Shown here: positions 34,705-43,502 of the stretch, piece after piece | Numbering within the stretch: the stretch's first letter is position 1 | How the letters are laid out: the number at the start of each line of letters is the position of its first letter | Assembly (NCBI GenBank): GCA_964431915.1 | Contig: CAYSLI010000001.1 | Coordinates: forward strand, 47,240 to 111,239 | DNA from: an uncultured Candidatus Saccharibacteria bacterium | Lineage (GTDB): Bacteria; Patescibacteriota; Minisyncoccia; Minisyncoccales; CAZKCU01 | Length of the DNA stretch: 64,000 nucleotides | Reading direction: 5' to 3' | Notes under the pieces: generated by a model | Databases searched by the model: none | Told to the model about the DNA's origin: nothing | The model's input: only the letters and a program-made list of their open reading frames with translations | Translations under genes and position numbers: made by a program

Positions 34705-34884
34705 AAATTCTAATAGATTAAATTTAGATTAATAAAAAACGACCTTTCAGACCCTCGGCCGCTATGCTTAATTTTGGCCTTCGCTAATTGTGGCCTCCAA
34801 AATTGAAAACCAATTTTGGAGTATTAACAAGACTTAGCTTAAGATACTCGACTTATCGGTCTAACCCTATCATACACAATTCAA

Positions 34885-35229
34885 TTAACAAGTCAAGTGA
34901 AACAAGCCTATTGCCTCTCTCTCCGATTCTCTTTTGATTATGTTGAAAGTTTTTACTGCCTCTCCGGTTTTATCAATAATCAGCTTAATGCCTTTCTCTT
35001 GGATAAATTTTTGGGCTTCTTCAGTTACTTTAGCTACTCCATATGCTCCGGTTCCTAAAATAATTGTATCAGGGTTTTGTTCAACTGCTCTTTTTACATC
35101 TTCAACGTCAATCACATGGGATTCTTTTCTCCACCATTTTAAAACTTCACCCGTCCAACGAACTTCAATGTCATAAGTATAATTTTTACCATCAATGGTA
35201 ATTGAGCCGAAATTATAATTTTCGATCAT
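34885..35229 (-). CDS. Mth938-like (DUF498) domain protein
   Basis: 114 aa. FGSITIDGKxYxxDIxV...DTIILGTGxxG pattern of the Mth938/NDUFAF3 fold family. Confidence 0.65.
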   Translation of the reverse strand: MIENYNFGSITIDGKNYTYDIEVRWTGEVLKWWRKESHVIDVEDVKRAVEQNPDTIILGTGAYGVAKVTEEAQKFIQEKGIKLIIDKTGEAVKTFNIIKRESEREAIGLFHLTC

Positions 35230-35232
35230 ATT

Positions 35233-36480
35233 TTAAAACAATGTCTCTTGGCGAGATAAATCTTTTTTCTCACCTTTTGAAAAAATCCTGATTTTCCCAT
35301 AAACTCCATCATAACCTGGCTCAACACTTACTTTTCCCTCGCGGACTCTTGAAATGGCTTCGGCAATTTCGGGTAAAGTTGCTGCTCTTAAATCAGAAAC
35401 AGAAATGTTAAGTAAAACATTAAATTCTGAACCGAATTTTTCAATCAGGTCCTTGTATTGTTTTTCTACTTCTTTTGTGCCAACCCCAACACCTAAAACT
35501 TCAGCAATTATTTCTGCCAAAGGAATCAAACTTTTGTATGGAATGGCACCTTGAGGATTAAATCCCTCGGGCCGGTCGGCTAATTGTTCAACTCGATTTA
35601 GAACTCCAACAGTTAAGGGTCTTCCACAAAGAGGACAAATTCCATTGTATTTTTTGGTTTCAGCCGGACTTAAACTTATATTGCAATTCCTGTGGCCGTC
35701 AAAATGATATTTGCCTTCCTGGGGAAAAAATTCAATTGTGTAGAGAAATTTTTGAGGGTCTTTTGACTTTATCGCCTCAATTATTGCTGAATAACTTAAT
35801 TCCGTATCAAAAACATTGGCTTCTCTGCCCAGCTTTTGCGGACTGTGTGAATCACTGTTTGATATTAAAGTTATTTTATCTAAAGCCGAGAGTCGCCAGT
35901 TCATTAAGGGATCAGAGCTTAACCCAGTTTCCCCAGCATAAATATTCTTTGAATACTCCTCAAAGCATTCTTCTATTGAATCAAACCCCGATTTAGACCC
36001 TAATAATCCGAAATAAGGAGTCCAAAGATGAGCCGGTACAATAAAACAATTTTCGCAAGTATTCAAAACAATCTTAGCTAATTCTTTGGCATCTAATCCT
36101 AAAATTGGTCTTCCGTCTGATTTTAGATTCCCAATCCAGCCAAGCTGAGTGTTCATTTTCTCAACCGTCTCAAAATCAGGAGCAAAGATTAAAATATGGA
36201 TTTTTCTCACCCTTCCACCCTTCGAATAAATGCAGCTAATTTCAGCAGTTAAAATAAAACGAGTCTCAGAATCATTATTTTTTAATTTAAAAAGCCCGGG
36301 TTCAGCAGGTTCTAATTTCTCCTTTAACTCTTTAAACCAAATAGGATGGGTAAAATCAGTAGTCCCTAAAACTTTTATTCCTTTGATTTTCGCCCACTTA
36401 TCAAGATTTTCCAAATCCATTTGAGGAGAAGTCGCTCTTGAATATTTTGAATGTAGATGAAAATCAGCAATAAATTTCAT
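35233..36480 (-). CDS. PHP-domain protein with zinc ribbon, endonuclease Q (EndoQ/COG1379)-like
   Basis: N-terminal ADFHLHSKYSRATS PHP motif. Internal CPLCGRPLTVGVLNRV zinc-ribbon/helix region, as in archaeal EndoQ. Confidence 0.7.
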   Translation of the reverse strand: MKFIADFHLHSKYSRATSPQMDLENLDKWAKIKGIKVLGTTDFTHPIWFKELKEKLEPAEPGLFKLKNNDSETRFILTAEISCIYSKGGRVRKIHILIFAPDFETVEKMNTQLGWIGNLKSDGRPILGLDAKELAKIVLNTCENCFIVPAHLWTPYFGLLGSKSGFDSIEECFEEYSKNIYAGETGLSSDPLMNWRLSALDKITLISNSDSHSPQKLGREANVFDTELSYSAIIEAIKSKDPQKFLYTIEFFPQEGKYHFDGHRNCNISLSPAETKKYNGICPLCGRPLTVGVLNRVEQLADRPEGFNPQGAIPYKSLIPLAEIIAEVLGVGVGTKEVEKQYKDLIEKFGSEFNVLLNISVSDLRAATLPEIAEAISRVREGKVSVEPGYDGVYGKIRIFSKGEKKDLSRQETLF

Positions 36481-36507
36481 AACCCTATTATATCAATTAT
36501 TGTCTGA

Positions 36508-36535
36508 AATAAAAAATGCGGTTATTTAACCGCGC
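36508..36535 (-). terminator. rho-independent terminator after membrane-protein gene 36565-36903
   Basis: GCGGTT-ATTT-AACCGC stem, followed on the minus strand by ATTTTTTATTT. Confidence 0.55.
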
Positions 36536-36564
36536 TGTCTAAAATTAGAGTGAGCAAAAGGTTC

Positions 36565-36903
36565 TTATCTTTTTATTAATTTAATGCCCAGGCTTGATAT
36601 CTGGGTGCCAGCGAAAATCATAATTCCCGCCATTATTGACCAGGCAAGCAGATTTAAAAGTTTTGGTATAAAATCAACGGGCAACATTTCCTTCAATTGT
36701 CCCCCAAGCATTTCTTGCATCTGAGCCTCTTGGGTCTGAACTTTACCTTTTTGAGGCAAAACTGCTTCTTTTTCTGGCGTCTTAAAAACTGTTGGCTCCA
36801 GAGCTTTTCCGGTAAAAATATTGTAAGAAGTAAAAATACTATAAAATATTATTATTAGGCCAGCGAGCAACAAAAGCCAGCCGATAATTTTTTGAGGTTT
36901 CAT
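36565..36903 (-). CDS. small two-TM membrane protein, function unknown
   Basis: 112 aa. N-terminal and C-terminal hydrophobic helices flank a polar Gln/Glu-rich loop. Confidence 0.5.
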   Translation of the reverse strand: MKPQKIIGWLLLLAGLIIIFYSIFTSYNIFTGKALEPTVFKTPEKEAVLPQKGKVQTQEAQMQEMLGGQLKEMLPVDFIPKLLNLLAWSIMAGIMIFAGTQISSLGIKLIKR

Positions 36904-36947
36904 TTTTTTTTCTTTTTTTAGTTATTTTACCATCTCTTTTTCAGTAA

Positions 36948-37412
36948 TCAAGGCTTCCCAAAAATTTTCTCTTCCAATAAACCAAAGCCGGACAATACCA
37001 GAAGAGCTAAAAAAGTAGCAAAAATAGCTAAAAAATAAAGGTTAACTCCTATAGCAACTCCAATAGCCGCTGTTGTCCATAAACCAGCAGCAGTAGTTAA
37101 ACCTACAACCCCTGATGTTTGGCGGAAAATTACCCCGGCTCCAATAAAACCAATTCCAATAGCTATGGCCTGAATTATCCTGGAAGGGTCAAAATTAATA
37201 CCTTCTTTGTTGATAAAAAAATTAAATAATTCAAAAGTAATCACAGTAAAAAGACAAGTCCCCAAAGCTACCAAACTATAAGTTTGAAGTCCGGCTTCTT
37301 TCCCCTTATATTCTCTTTCTAAGCCGATTAGTCCGCCCAAAAAAGCAGCCAGTAATAATTGTAAAATAATTCTAATTTGAGAGCTAACTAAAAACTCCAT
37401 AAGATGCTGCAC
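36948..37412 (-). CDS. MgtC/SapB family membrane protein
   Basis: LAAFLGGLIGLEREYKGKEAGLQTYSLVALG is the MgtC family N-terminal signature. Confidence 0.85.
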   Translation of the reverse strand: MQHLMEFLVSSQIRIILQLLLAAFLGGLIGLEREYKGKEAGLQTYSLVALGTCLFTVITFELFNFFINKEGINFDPSRIIQAIAIGIGFIGAGVIFRQTSGVVGLTTAAGLWTTAAIGVAIGVNLYFLAIFATFLALLVLSGFGLLEEKIFGKP

Positions 37413-37435
37413 TTATTTGTATATTGGTATTGCCT

Positions 37436-37711
37436 TTACACTTTGTATACCTTATATCCCTCTCTTACTTTTTGCTCAACTTTTAAACCAGCAGAATCTC
37501 CAGTTTTAGCTGTTTCAATTTTCCTGTGCTCGATTTCCATAGATTCTACGGCCTGAGTAAAATCAGTGTCCCCTCCAACAATTCTTATATTATCTCCTGC
37601 TTTTAAGGCATCAGAAAGCTTAATAACCGCCACCCCTATGTTCCCGAAATAGTGAGTAATTTCCCCCACTAATTTTCCTTCCTCGGGAACTTGAGGTTCT
37701 TCATTTGGCAT
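37436..37711 (-). CDS. small beta-barrel protein resembling translation-factor domain II (EF-Tu D2-like)
   Basis: 91 aa. GEITHYFGNIGVAVIKL...GDNIRIVG...GLKV pattern. Tentative. Confidence 0.5.
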   Translation of the reverse strand: MPNEEPQVPEEGKLVGEITHYFGNIGVAVIKLSDALKAGDNIRIVGGDTDFTQAVESMEIEHRKIETAKTGDSAGLKVEQKVREGYKVYKV

Positions 37712-37731
37712 AATTTTTAAAAACTTATTTT

Positions 37732-38304
37732 CTATTTGAGTCGACCTTTTAGTTTAGAATTTTCTTTTTTCTCTTTTTTAATTAATTCAATTAATTTTTT
37801 TACTAATTCTTTAGGGGTTTTTTCATAAATAATTTTTTTAACCCCTCGATAAGGACCAGTAGCAATCTTTTTAATTTTATCAGCCGTTCCCCCTGTTTCT
37901 TCTAAAACCGCAATTGGTTTTTGGATTTCAAAAGCAGTGGCGAATTCATGCAAGGTCCCCATTCTCCCGCAGATAATAATCACTCCATCTACTGCCTTTG
38001 TCATAATTACGTTTCTTCCCACATAATCAGCGCCGGTATAAACCATTACATCAAAAGCATCCACTGGAAGTTTATATCTTTTTAAGTGGGCGGCTTCAGA
38101 GGTTGCCGGTGAAAAACCAATGCTAAACCCCCCTGCCTTCTTACATCCTAAAGCAGCAAAATAGGGGACACCGGTTGTAGCTCCAGTAACCAGAACAGAA
38201 TTTTGGCGAAAAATTTCTCGCCCAATTTCTTTAGATAGCTCCTTAATCCCCTTACAGCAATGGCCAACCCGGGCTGCCCCAGAAACAGCAATTTTGTATT
38301 TCAT
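37732..38304 (-). CDS. TIGR00725/LOG-like Rossmann-fold protein (SLOG superfamily)
   Basis: KIAVSGAA...VLVTGATTGVPYxAAxGxKKAGG...ICGRMGTLHEF matches the LOG/TIGR00725 motif order. Confidence 0.72.
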   Translation of the reverse strand: MKYKIAVSGAARVGHCCKGIKELSKEIGREIFRQNSVLVTGATTGVPYFAALGCKKAGGFSIGFSPATSEAAHLKRYKLPVDAFDVMVYTGADYVGRNVIMTKAVDGVIIICGRMGTLHEFATAFEIQKPIAVLEETGGTADKIKKIATGPYRGVKKIIYEKTPKELVKKLIELIKKEKKENSKLKGRLK

Positions 38305-38865
38305 ATTTTTAGTTTAACACATTTTTAAAAACTAAAAAAGAGGTAAAGTTCCTCTCCGCCTGTTTACTTTAGAGAATTAAGATGTATTCAAAACTAAAAC
38401 CCGCTAGAGGATTTCTCTAACGGGGTTTAGTGAGGGGGAAATGGTCTTAACAAATTTAGTCATTTGAATCCACTGGGTCGGACATAGCCAGGCAATTGCT
38501 TTTTAACCTCTTTTATTAAAACCGCTTGTCCTTAGAGGAGAATCCCTCGCACCCCCTCGCTTTATATATTAATTCCCTAAAAATATCTGTCAACCTGTTT
38601 GAGTTTAAGGAAAGTGCTGGCGATACATTTCTTTTCCTAATTTTCTTTTCAGAAATTTTTTATTAGCTTGAATTAAAATATTGCCGAATTATTAAGCTTT
38701 TAATAACCCACAAGTTCTCCCCAGTTTATTAACATCTTTCTGAATTTGATGTTTATTTTACTCTCCTGTTGAGTTTATGGTATAATTCGTTAAGAAAGGA
38801 AAACCAAAAAATTAAGATATAATTAAAGACACAAAATATTTTATCTTTTGATTTTAGACAAACAC
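38305..38865. other. candidate replication-origin region upstream of dnaA (also holds a GC-rich structured island and the dnaA promoter)
   Basis: 561-nt non-coding gap at the point where the predominant coding strand switches from minus to plus. AT-rich stretches. One 7/9 DnaA-box-like TAACCCACA at 38703-38711. Confidence 0.4.
38758..38786 (+). promoter_or_regulatory. candidate extended -10 promoter for dnaA
   Basis: TGGTATAAT (TGn + TATAAT at 38781-38786) about 80 nt upstream of the dnaA ATG. The -35 is weak. Confidence 0.45.
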
Positions 38866-40215
38866 ATGACTAAGGAAGAATTGTGGCAAGCGGTTTTGTC
38901 CCAAATCCAATTAAATATTTCTCAGGCTAATTTTAGCACCTGGTTTAGAAATACCGGGATTCTCTCCCAGAAAGAAGGCAAAGTTATAGTTTCTGTCCCT
39001 AATTCTTTTGCCAAAGAGTGGCTTGAAAATAAATACAACAAGATTATTTTTAAGCTCTTGCACAACTTGAATGGAGAAATCAAAGAGATTAAATATGCTG
39101 TCGCCCGACAAGGATTAAAAGTTTTGAAAAAAACCTCTTTCTCTTATCCAGAATCGGACCAACTTGAATTTCAAGAACTAAGAATAGACAAAGACACTAA
39201 TCTTAACCCCCGCTATACTTTTGAAAATTTTGTGGTCGGTCCTTTCAATGAACTACCGCAGGCTGCTGCCTGGGCGTCCTCAAAAAATCCTGGCCTTGTC
39301 TATAATCCCTTGTTTATTTATGGAGGGGTGGGTCTCGGTAAAACCCATTTATTACAGGCAGTCGGTAATGAGGTAATTAAAAATTTTCCAGAAAAAAAAA
39401 TAAAATATATTCCTTCCGAAAAATTCACCTCTGGAGTGGTAACGGCAATTAAAAATCATACTATGGAAAATTTTAAAACGAAATACCGACAGATAAATGT
39501 CCTTATTATTGATGATGTTCAATTTCTGGCTGGGAAAGAAAAAACCCAAGAAGAGTTTTTCCATACTTTTAATACTCTTTACGAAAAAAATAAACAAATA
39601 ATTCTTTCCTCTGACCGGCCCCCAAAGGCTATCCCGGCACTCACCGAAAGATTAAGGTCCAGATTTGAGGGAGGAATGATAGCTGATATCGGTTACCCTG
39701 ATTTCGAAACAAGAATGGCTATTCTTAAAACAAAGGCCCAAGAAAAAAAAATTAGCCTTCCCGAAGAAACCCTTGCCTATATTGCATCAAACATCCAAAG
39801 AAACATTAGGGAGCTTGAAGGAGCTTTGAACAGATTAGTTGCTCATCAAAAGTTAAATAACCAACCATTAGAGCCGGAAGAAGCTAAATCTTTGCTTAAA
39901 AAATTACTCCTCTCCTCAACTAGAGCAGCCACGCCGAAAAAAATAATCAGAGCAGTAGCTAAATTTTACGACCTTAAAGAAAATAACCTTTTAGATTCCT
40001 CGCGTAAAAGAGAGATCGTCAGACCTCGCCAAATTGCGATGTATTTATTAAGAGAAGACTTAAAAAGTTCCTACCCTTTTATAGGAAGGAAAATGGGAGG
40101 AAAAGACCACACCACGGCTATTCATTCCTACGAGAAAATTTTAAAAGAACTTGAAATAAACGAAAATTTAAAGGAAGAAATTGAGTTAATTAGACAGCTT
40201 GTTTTTAGCATCTGA
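38866..40215 (+). CDS. dnaA: chromosomal replication initiator protein DnaA
   Basis: MTKEELWQAVLSQIQ...FSTWF N-terminus, Walker A GGVGLGKTHLLQA, DDVQF box, C-terminal HTH (GGKDHTTAIHSYEKI). ATG 38866 preferred over TTG 38848. Confidence 0.96.
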   Translation: MTKEELWQAVLSQIQLNISQANFSTWFRNTGILSQKEGKVIVSVPNSFAKEWLENKYNKIIFKLLHNLNGEIKEIKYAVARQGLKVLKKTSFSYPESDQLEFQELRIDKDTNLNPRYTFENFVVGPFNELPQAAAWASSKNPGLVYNPLFIYGGVGLGKTHLLQAVGNEVIKNFPEKKIKYIPSEKFTSGVVTAIKNHTMENFKTKYRQINVLIIDDVQFLAGKEKTQEEFFHTFNTLYEKNKQIILSSDRPPKAIPALTERLRSRFEGGMIADIGYPDFETRMAILKTKAQEKKISLPEETLAYIASNIQRNIRELEGALNRLVAHQKLNNQPLEPEEAKSLLKKLLLSSTRAATPKKIIRAVAKFYDLKENNLLDSSRKREIVRPRQIAMYLLREDLKSSYPFIGRKMGGKDHTTAIHSYEKILKELEINENLKEEIELIRQLVFSI

Positions 40216-40251
40216 CTTTTTACTTTTTTACTGAAAATTTCCTTGGTTATT

Positions 40252-40361
40252 AGTGGAAAAGACATGGCATTAAAAGTGGAAAATCTCTTTAAAAATTTCT
40301 TTTTCTTTTCTTCTTTTTGTTATCCCTAATTAATTAACTACTTCTTTACTTATTTTCCATT
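40252..40361. promoter_or_regulatory. cluster of four DnaA-box-like 9-mers in the dnaA-dnaN spacer
   Basis: AGTGGAAAA (rc TTTTCCACT) at 40252-40260 and 40275-40283. TTATCCCTA at 40320-40328. TTTTCCATT at 40353-40361. Each is 6-7/9 to TTATCCACA. Confidence 0.4.
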
Positions 40362-40420
40362 AGTTTTCTTTTAACTAATCTATCTAAAAAAAATATTTTT
40401 ACCCAGTGCCTATAACTATA

Positions 40421-41551
40421 ATGAAATTAATAATATTACAAAACAAATTAAAACAAGGACTTAGTGTCATCGAAAGAATTTCTTCTAAGTCTTTTGCTTT
40501 ACCTATTCTTAGAAACCTTCTTATTAAAACCGAAAAAAACTTTTTATTATTGGCAACGACAGATTTAGAAATAGGAATTAAATGGTGGATTCTTTCTAAA
40601 ATAGAAAAAGAAGGAGAGATTACTGTCCCAACTTCTATTTTGTCAACTTTTATAAGTCTCTTACCTGAAAAAGCGGTCGAATTGACAGCTCATAATCAAA
40701 TTTTATCTGTTGAATGTGAAGGTTATAAAACCAAAATAAAAGGACAAAGCTCAGAAGATTTTCCCATTATTCCTGAAATATCAGAAGGTATCTCATTTTC
40801 TCTTGACAGTTATTCTTTTTGTCAGGCCTTAAATCAAATTGTAGATATTGTCCTTCCCTCTGCAGTAAGGCCTGAAATTTCAGGCATCCATTTCTTTGTA
40901 CAAAAAGACTTAATAAAAATGGCAGCTACCGATAGTTTTAGATTGGGTGAGAAAACTCTGTTTTTAAAAAAACCGCTTGCAATTGAAAAGGAAATCTCCC
41001 TGATTCTACCCCAAAAAACAGCAAAAGAAATAATTAATATTTTTGGAGAAAAACAAGGAGAGCTTAAAGTCTTGGTTAGCCCTAACCAAATTTTATTTGA
41101 GGCTATAATGTCTGAAACCCCTCATCCAGAAATTCGTCTTACTTCAAAATTAATCGAAGGAGAATACCCAAATTATCAGGAAATTATTCCTAAAAAATAT
41201 GAAACTCAGGTTATTTTAGATAAGCAGGAATTTTTAAATCAGATTAAAGCGGCCAGTCTTTTTAGCGGGAAAATAAACGAGGTCAAATTTAAAATTGACC
41301 CTAAAAAAGAAAGAGTAGAGATCTCCAGTCAGAATCCCGAAACTGGAGAATACCATTCTTTACTCTCAGGAAAAACAAAAGGGAAAGAGGAAGAAATTTC
41401 TTTTAATTATAGGTTTTTAAATAGCGGGCTCTTGAATATAAAAAGTTCAGAGGTGATTTTTGAGCTAAATGGCGAAGTAGGCCCTGGAGTTTTGAAGCCA
41501 GTAGGGGATGAAAGTTATATCTATGTTGCAATGCCAATTAAAGGAACATAG
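40421..41551 (+). CDS. dnaN: DNA polymerase III beta subunit (sliding clamp)
   Basis: MKLIILQNKLKQGLSVIERISS..LPIL.N.L; three-domain ~375 aa. Follows dnaA. ATG 40421 preferred over GTG 40406. Confidence 0.92.
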   Translation: MKLIILQNKLKQGLSVIERISSKSFALPILRNLLIKTEKNFLLLATTDLEIGIKWWILSKIEKEGEITVPTSILSTFISLLPEKAVELTAHNQILSVECEGYKTKIKGQSSEDFPIIPEISEGISFSLDSYSFCQALNQIVDIVLPSAVRPEISGIHFFVQKDLIKMAATDSFRLGEKTLFLKKPLAIEKEISLILPQKTAKEIINIFGEKQGELKVLVSPNQILFEAIMSETPHPEIRLTSKLIEGEYPNYQEIIPKKYETQVILDKQEFLNQIKAASLFSGKINEVKFKIDPKKERVEISSQNPETGEYHSLLSGKTKGKEEEISFNYRFLNSGLLNIKSSEVIFELNGEVGPGVLKPVGDESYIYVAMPIKGT

Positions 41552-41570
41552 TATTTTTTTAGGCATTACT

Positions 41571-43502
41571 TCAGAAGTTCTCAGTTCCTCTTAAAAGAGC
41601 TTTCTCCATAAATCTTCTCCAGATAGGACCGGCTAAAACTATCCCTGGTTGTTTTGACATTGGAGAGTTATTATTGTTTCCAACCCAAACCCCAGCCACT
41701 ATTGAAGGAGTATAACCAATTACCCAGCCGTCTTTATAACTTTGGGTTGTTCCGGTTTTTGCCGCCACCTGATAATTTTCAAAATAAAGTAAAGACCGGG
41801 TTCCAAACATAAGAGCTCTGGTTTTATTATCTGACAAAATGTCATTGATAAGGGAAGCAACTTCCGGCTCCAAGACCATTTTTGGAGTTTTTTTATTTTC
41901 CTCAATAATATTTCCAGCAGAATCCTCGATTTTTAAAATAGAGACAGGGGGAATATGCCAGCCCTTGGTGGCAAAAGCTCCGTAAGCTGAAACCATTTCT
42001 AATAAAGTTACCTCTCCGCCGCCCAAAACCAGAGGAAGACCGTAAAAAGAAGGAGGTTTAGTCAAGGTAGTAATACCCAAGTCCTTAGCAGTCTGAATGC
42101 TATCTTGTAAACCGGCAAAATTGGCTAGGACTTTTACCGAAGGGACATTCAAAGATTGAGCTAAAGCCTGTCTCAAAGAGACCGGACCCCGGAAAAGCCC
42201 ATCATAATTTCTGGGGATATAAGGGTGGGACTGGGTGCCGAAATTAGTTTCTTCGTCGATGACGACAACTTTATCATCATAACCCTTTTTAAAAGCGGTA
42301 GCGTAGACAAAAGGTTTAAAAGCAGAGCCTGGCTGGCGTCCTCGGATTGTGACATTGGGATAAGGCTCAAATAAACAATTTTTTCCTGGTAGGCAATCTT
42401 CGGGGAAGGGGTTTCCGAAATAATCTATTGATCCCACCATGGCCAAAATTTGACCGGTTTTTGGGTCAATAGCCACTAAGCTGGCGTTATGAGCTCGGTA
42501 ATTTTTATTAATCTCTCCTCCCTCTCTAACTACTTTTTCAGCCCATTCCTGGAGTTCCCAATCTAAAGAGGTATAAACCCTAAGACCTTTTTCTTTTAAG
42601 AAATCTTCTCCGTACCTTCCTTTAAGGTATTCCATAACATAGATTATAAAATGAGGAGCTCGGATTGGCTGTAAAATTTTGGCAAAGGTTATTTCAAATT
42701 CTTTGGCTTTATCTTTCTCTCCTTGAGTTAAGCACCCTTCTTTGAACATTCGGTCTAAAATATAATCTTTTCTGGCCAAAAGCTCGTCTTTATGCTCTCC
42801 ATAAGGAGAAAGATAACTTGGGGACCTGATTAAAGAAACTAAAATAGTAGCTTCTGGCAAAGAGATTTCAGAGACAGGTTTGTTAAAATAAGTCTGGCAA
42901 GCAGCTTCTACTCCATAGGTATTAGAGCCAAAAGGGACCTGATTTAAATAAAATTCTAAAATTTCATCTTTAGAATATCTTCTTTCTAACTCAAGGGTTA
43001 AAATAATCTCTCTCACCTTTCTTTTTAAAGTTTTTTCTCTGGTTAAGAAAGAAGAACGGATGAGCTGTTGACTGATGGTTGAGCCTCCATAAATTGCTTT
43101 GCCCACTCTTAAATTAGACAGGACGGCTCGGATTATTCCCTTAATGTCTAATCCGAAATGGTGATAAAAATTGACATCTTCGGCCACAATCACAGCTTCC
43201 TTTAAATATTCTGGGACTTGGTCCAAAGAAATAATATCTCTTTTTTCTTCACCATAAACATCATAGAGAAGAATTTCCCCTGTCTTGTCGTAAATTTTAG
43301 TTGATTGGATAAATGGCTTTTCGGTAAATCTCTCCGGTCGGGGAAGGTCTTTGGCATAGTAAACAAATAAGAATAAAGAAATAAAAACAAAAAATAAAAG
43401 AAAATATCCAAAGAACTTCAAAACTAAAAGAAACTTCCCCTTTCTTCTTTCTCTTTTTTTGTCCTTCTGATAAATTTTTCGATAAAATCTTCTTTTTGGC
43501 AT
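41571..43502 (-). CDS. bifunctional class A penicillin-binding protein (GT51 transglycosylase + transpeptidase)
   Basis: EDVNFYHHFGLD and RKVREI GT51 motifs. SAFKPF (SxxK), SLN, KTGT transpeptidase motifs. N-terminal TM anchor. Confidence 0.9.
   Translation of the reverse strand: MPKRRFYRKIYQKDKKRERRKGKFLLVLKFFGYFLLFFVFISLFLFVYYAKDLPRPERFTEKPFIQSTKIYDKTGEILLYDVYGEEKRDIISLDQVPEYLKEAVIVAEDVNFYHHFGLDIKGIIRAVLSNLRVGKAIYGGSTISQQLIRSSFLTREKTLKRKVREIILTLELERRYSKDEILEFYLNQVPFGSNTYGVEAACQTYFNKPVSEISLPEATILVSLIRSPSYLSPYGEHKDELLARKDYILDRMFKEGCLTQGEKDKAKEFEITFAKILQPIRAPHFIIYVMEYLKGRYGEDFLKEKGLRVYTSLDWELQEWAEKVVREGGEINKNYRAHNASLVAIDPKTGQILAMVGSIDYFGNPFPEDCLPGKNCLFEPYPNVTIRGRQPGSAFKPFVYATAFKKGYDDKVVVIDEETNFGTQSHPYIPRNYDGLFRGPVSLRQALAQSLNVPSVKVLANFAGLQDSIQTAKDLGITTLTKPPSFYGLPLVLGGGEVTLLEMVSAYGAFATKGWHIPPVSILKIEDSAGNIIEENKKTPKMVLEPEVASLINDILSDNKTRALMFGTRSLLYFENYQVAAKTGTTQSYKDGWVIGYTPSIVAGVWVGNNNNSPMSKQPGIVLAGPIWRRFMEKALLRGTENF

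Noticed and set aside
38340-38560. Assignment of the GC-rich island to SRP RNA, RNase P RNA, 6S RNA, M-box or c-di-AMP riboswitch
   Set aside because: I could not find the diagnostic motifs from memory. Missing are the SRP GGAA-tetraloop/AGCA loop, the RNase P GAGGAAAGUCC, the rod-like 6S pairing, and the M-box or ydaO conserved cores; there are only loose GAAUCC/GGGGG resemblances. It is kept as an unassigned candidate instead.
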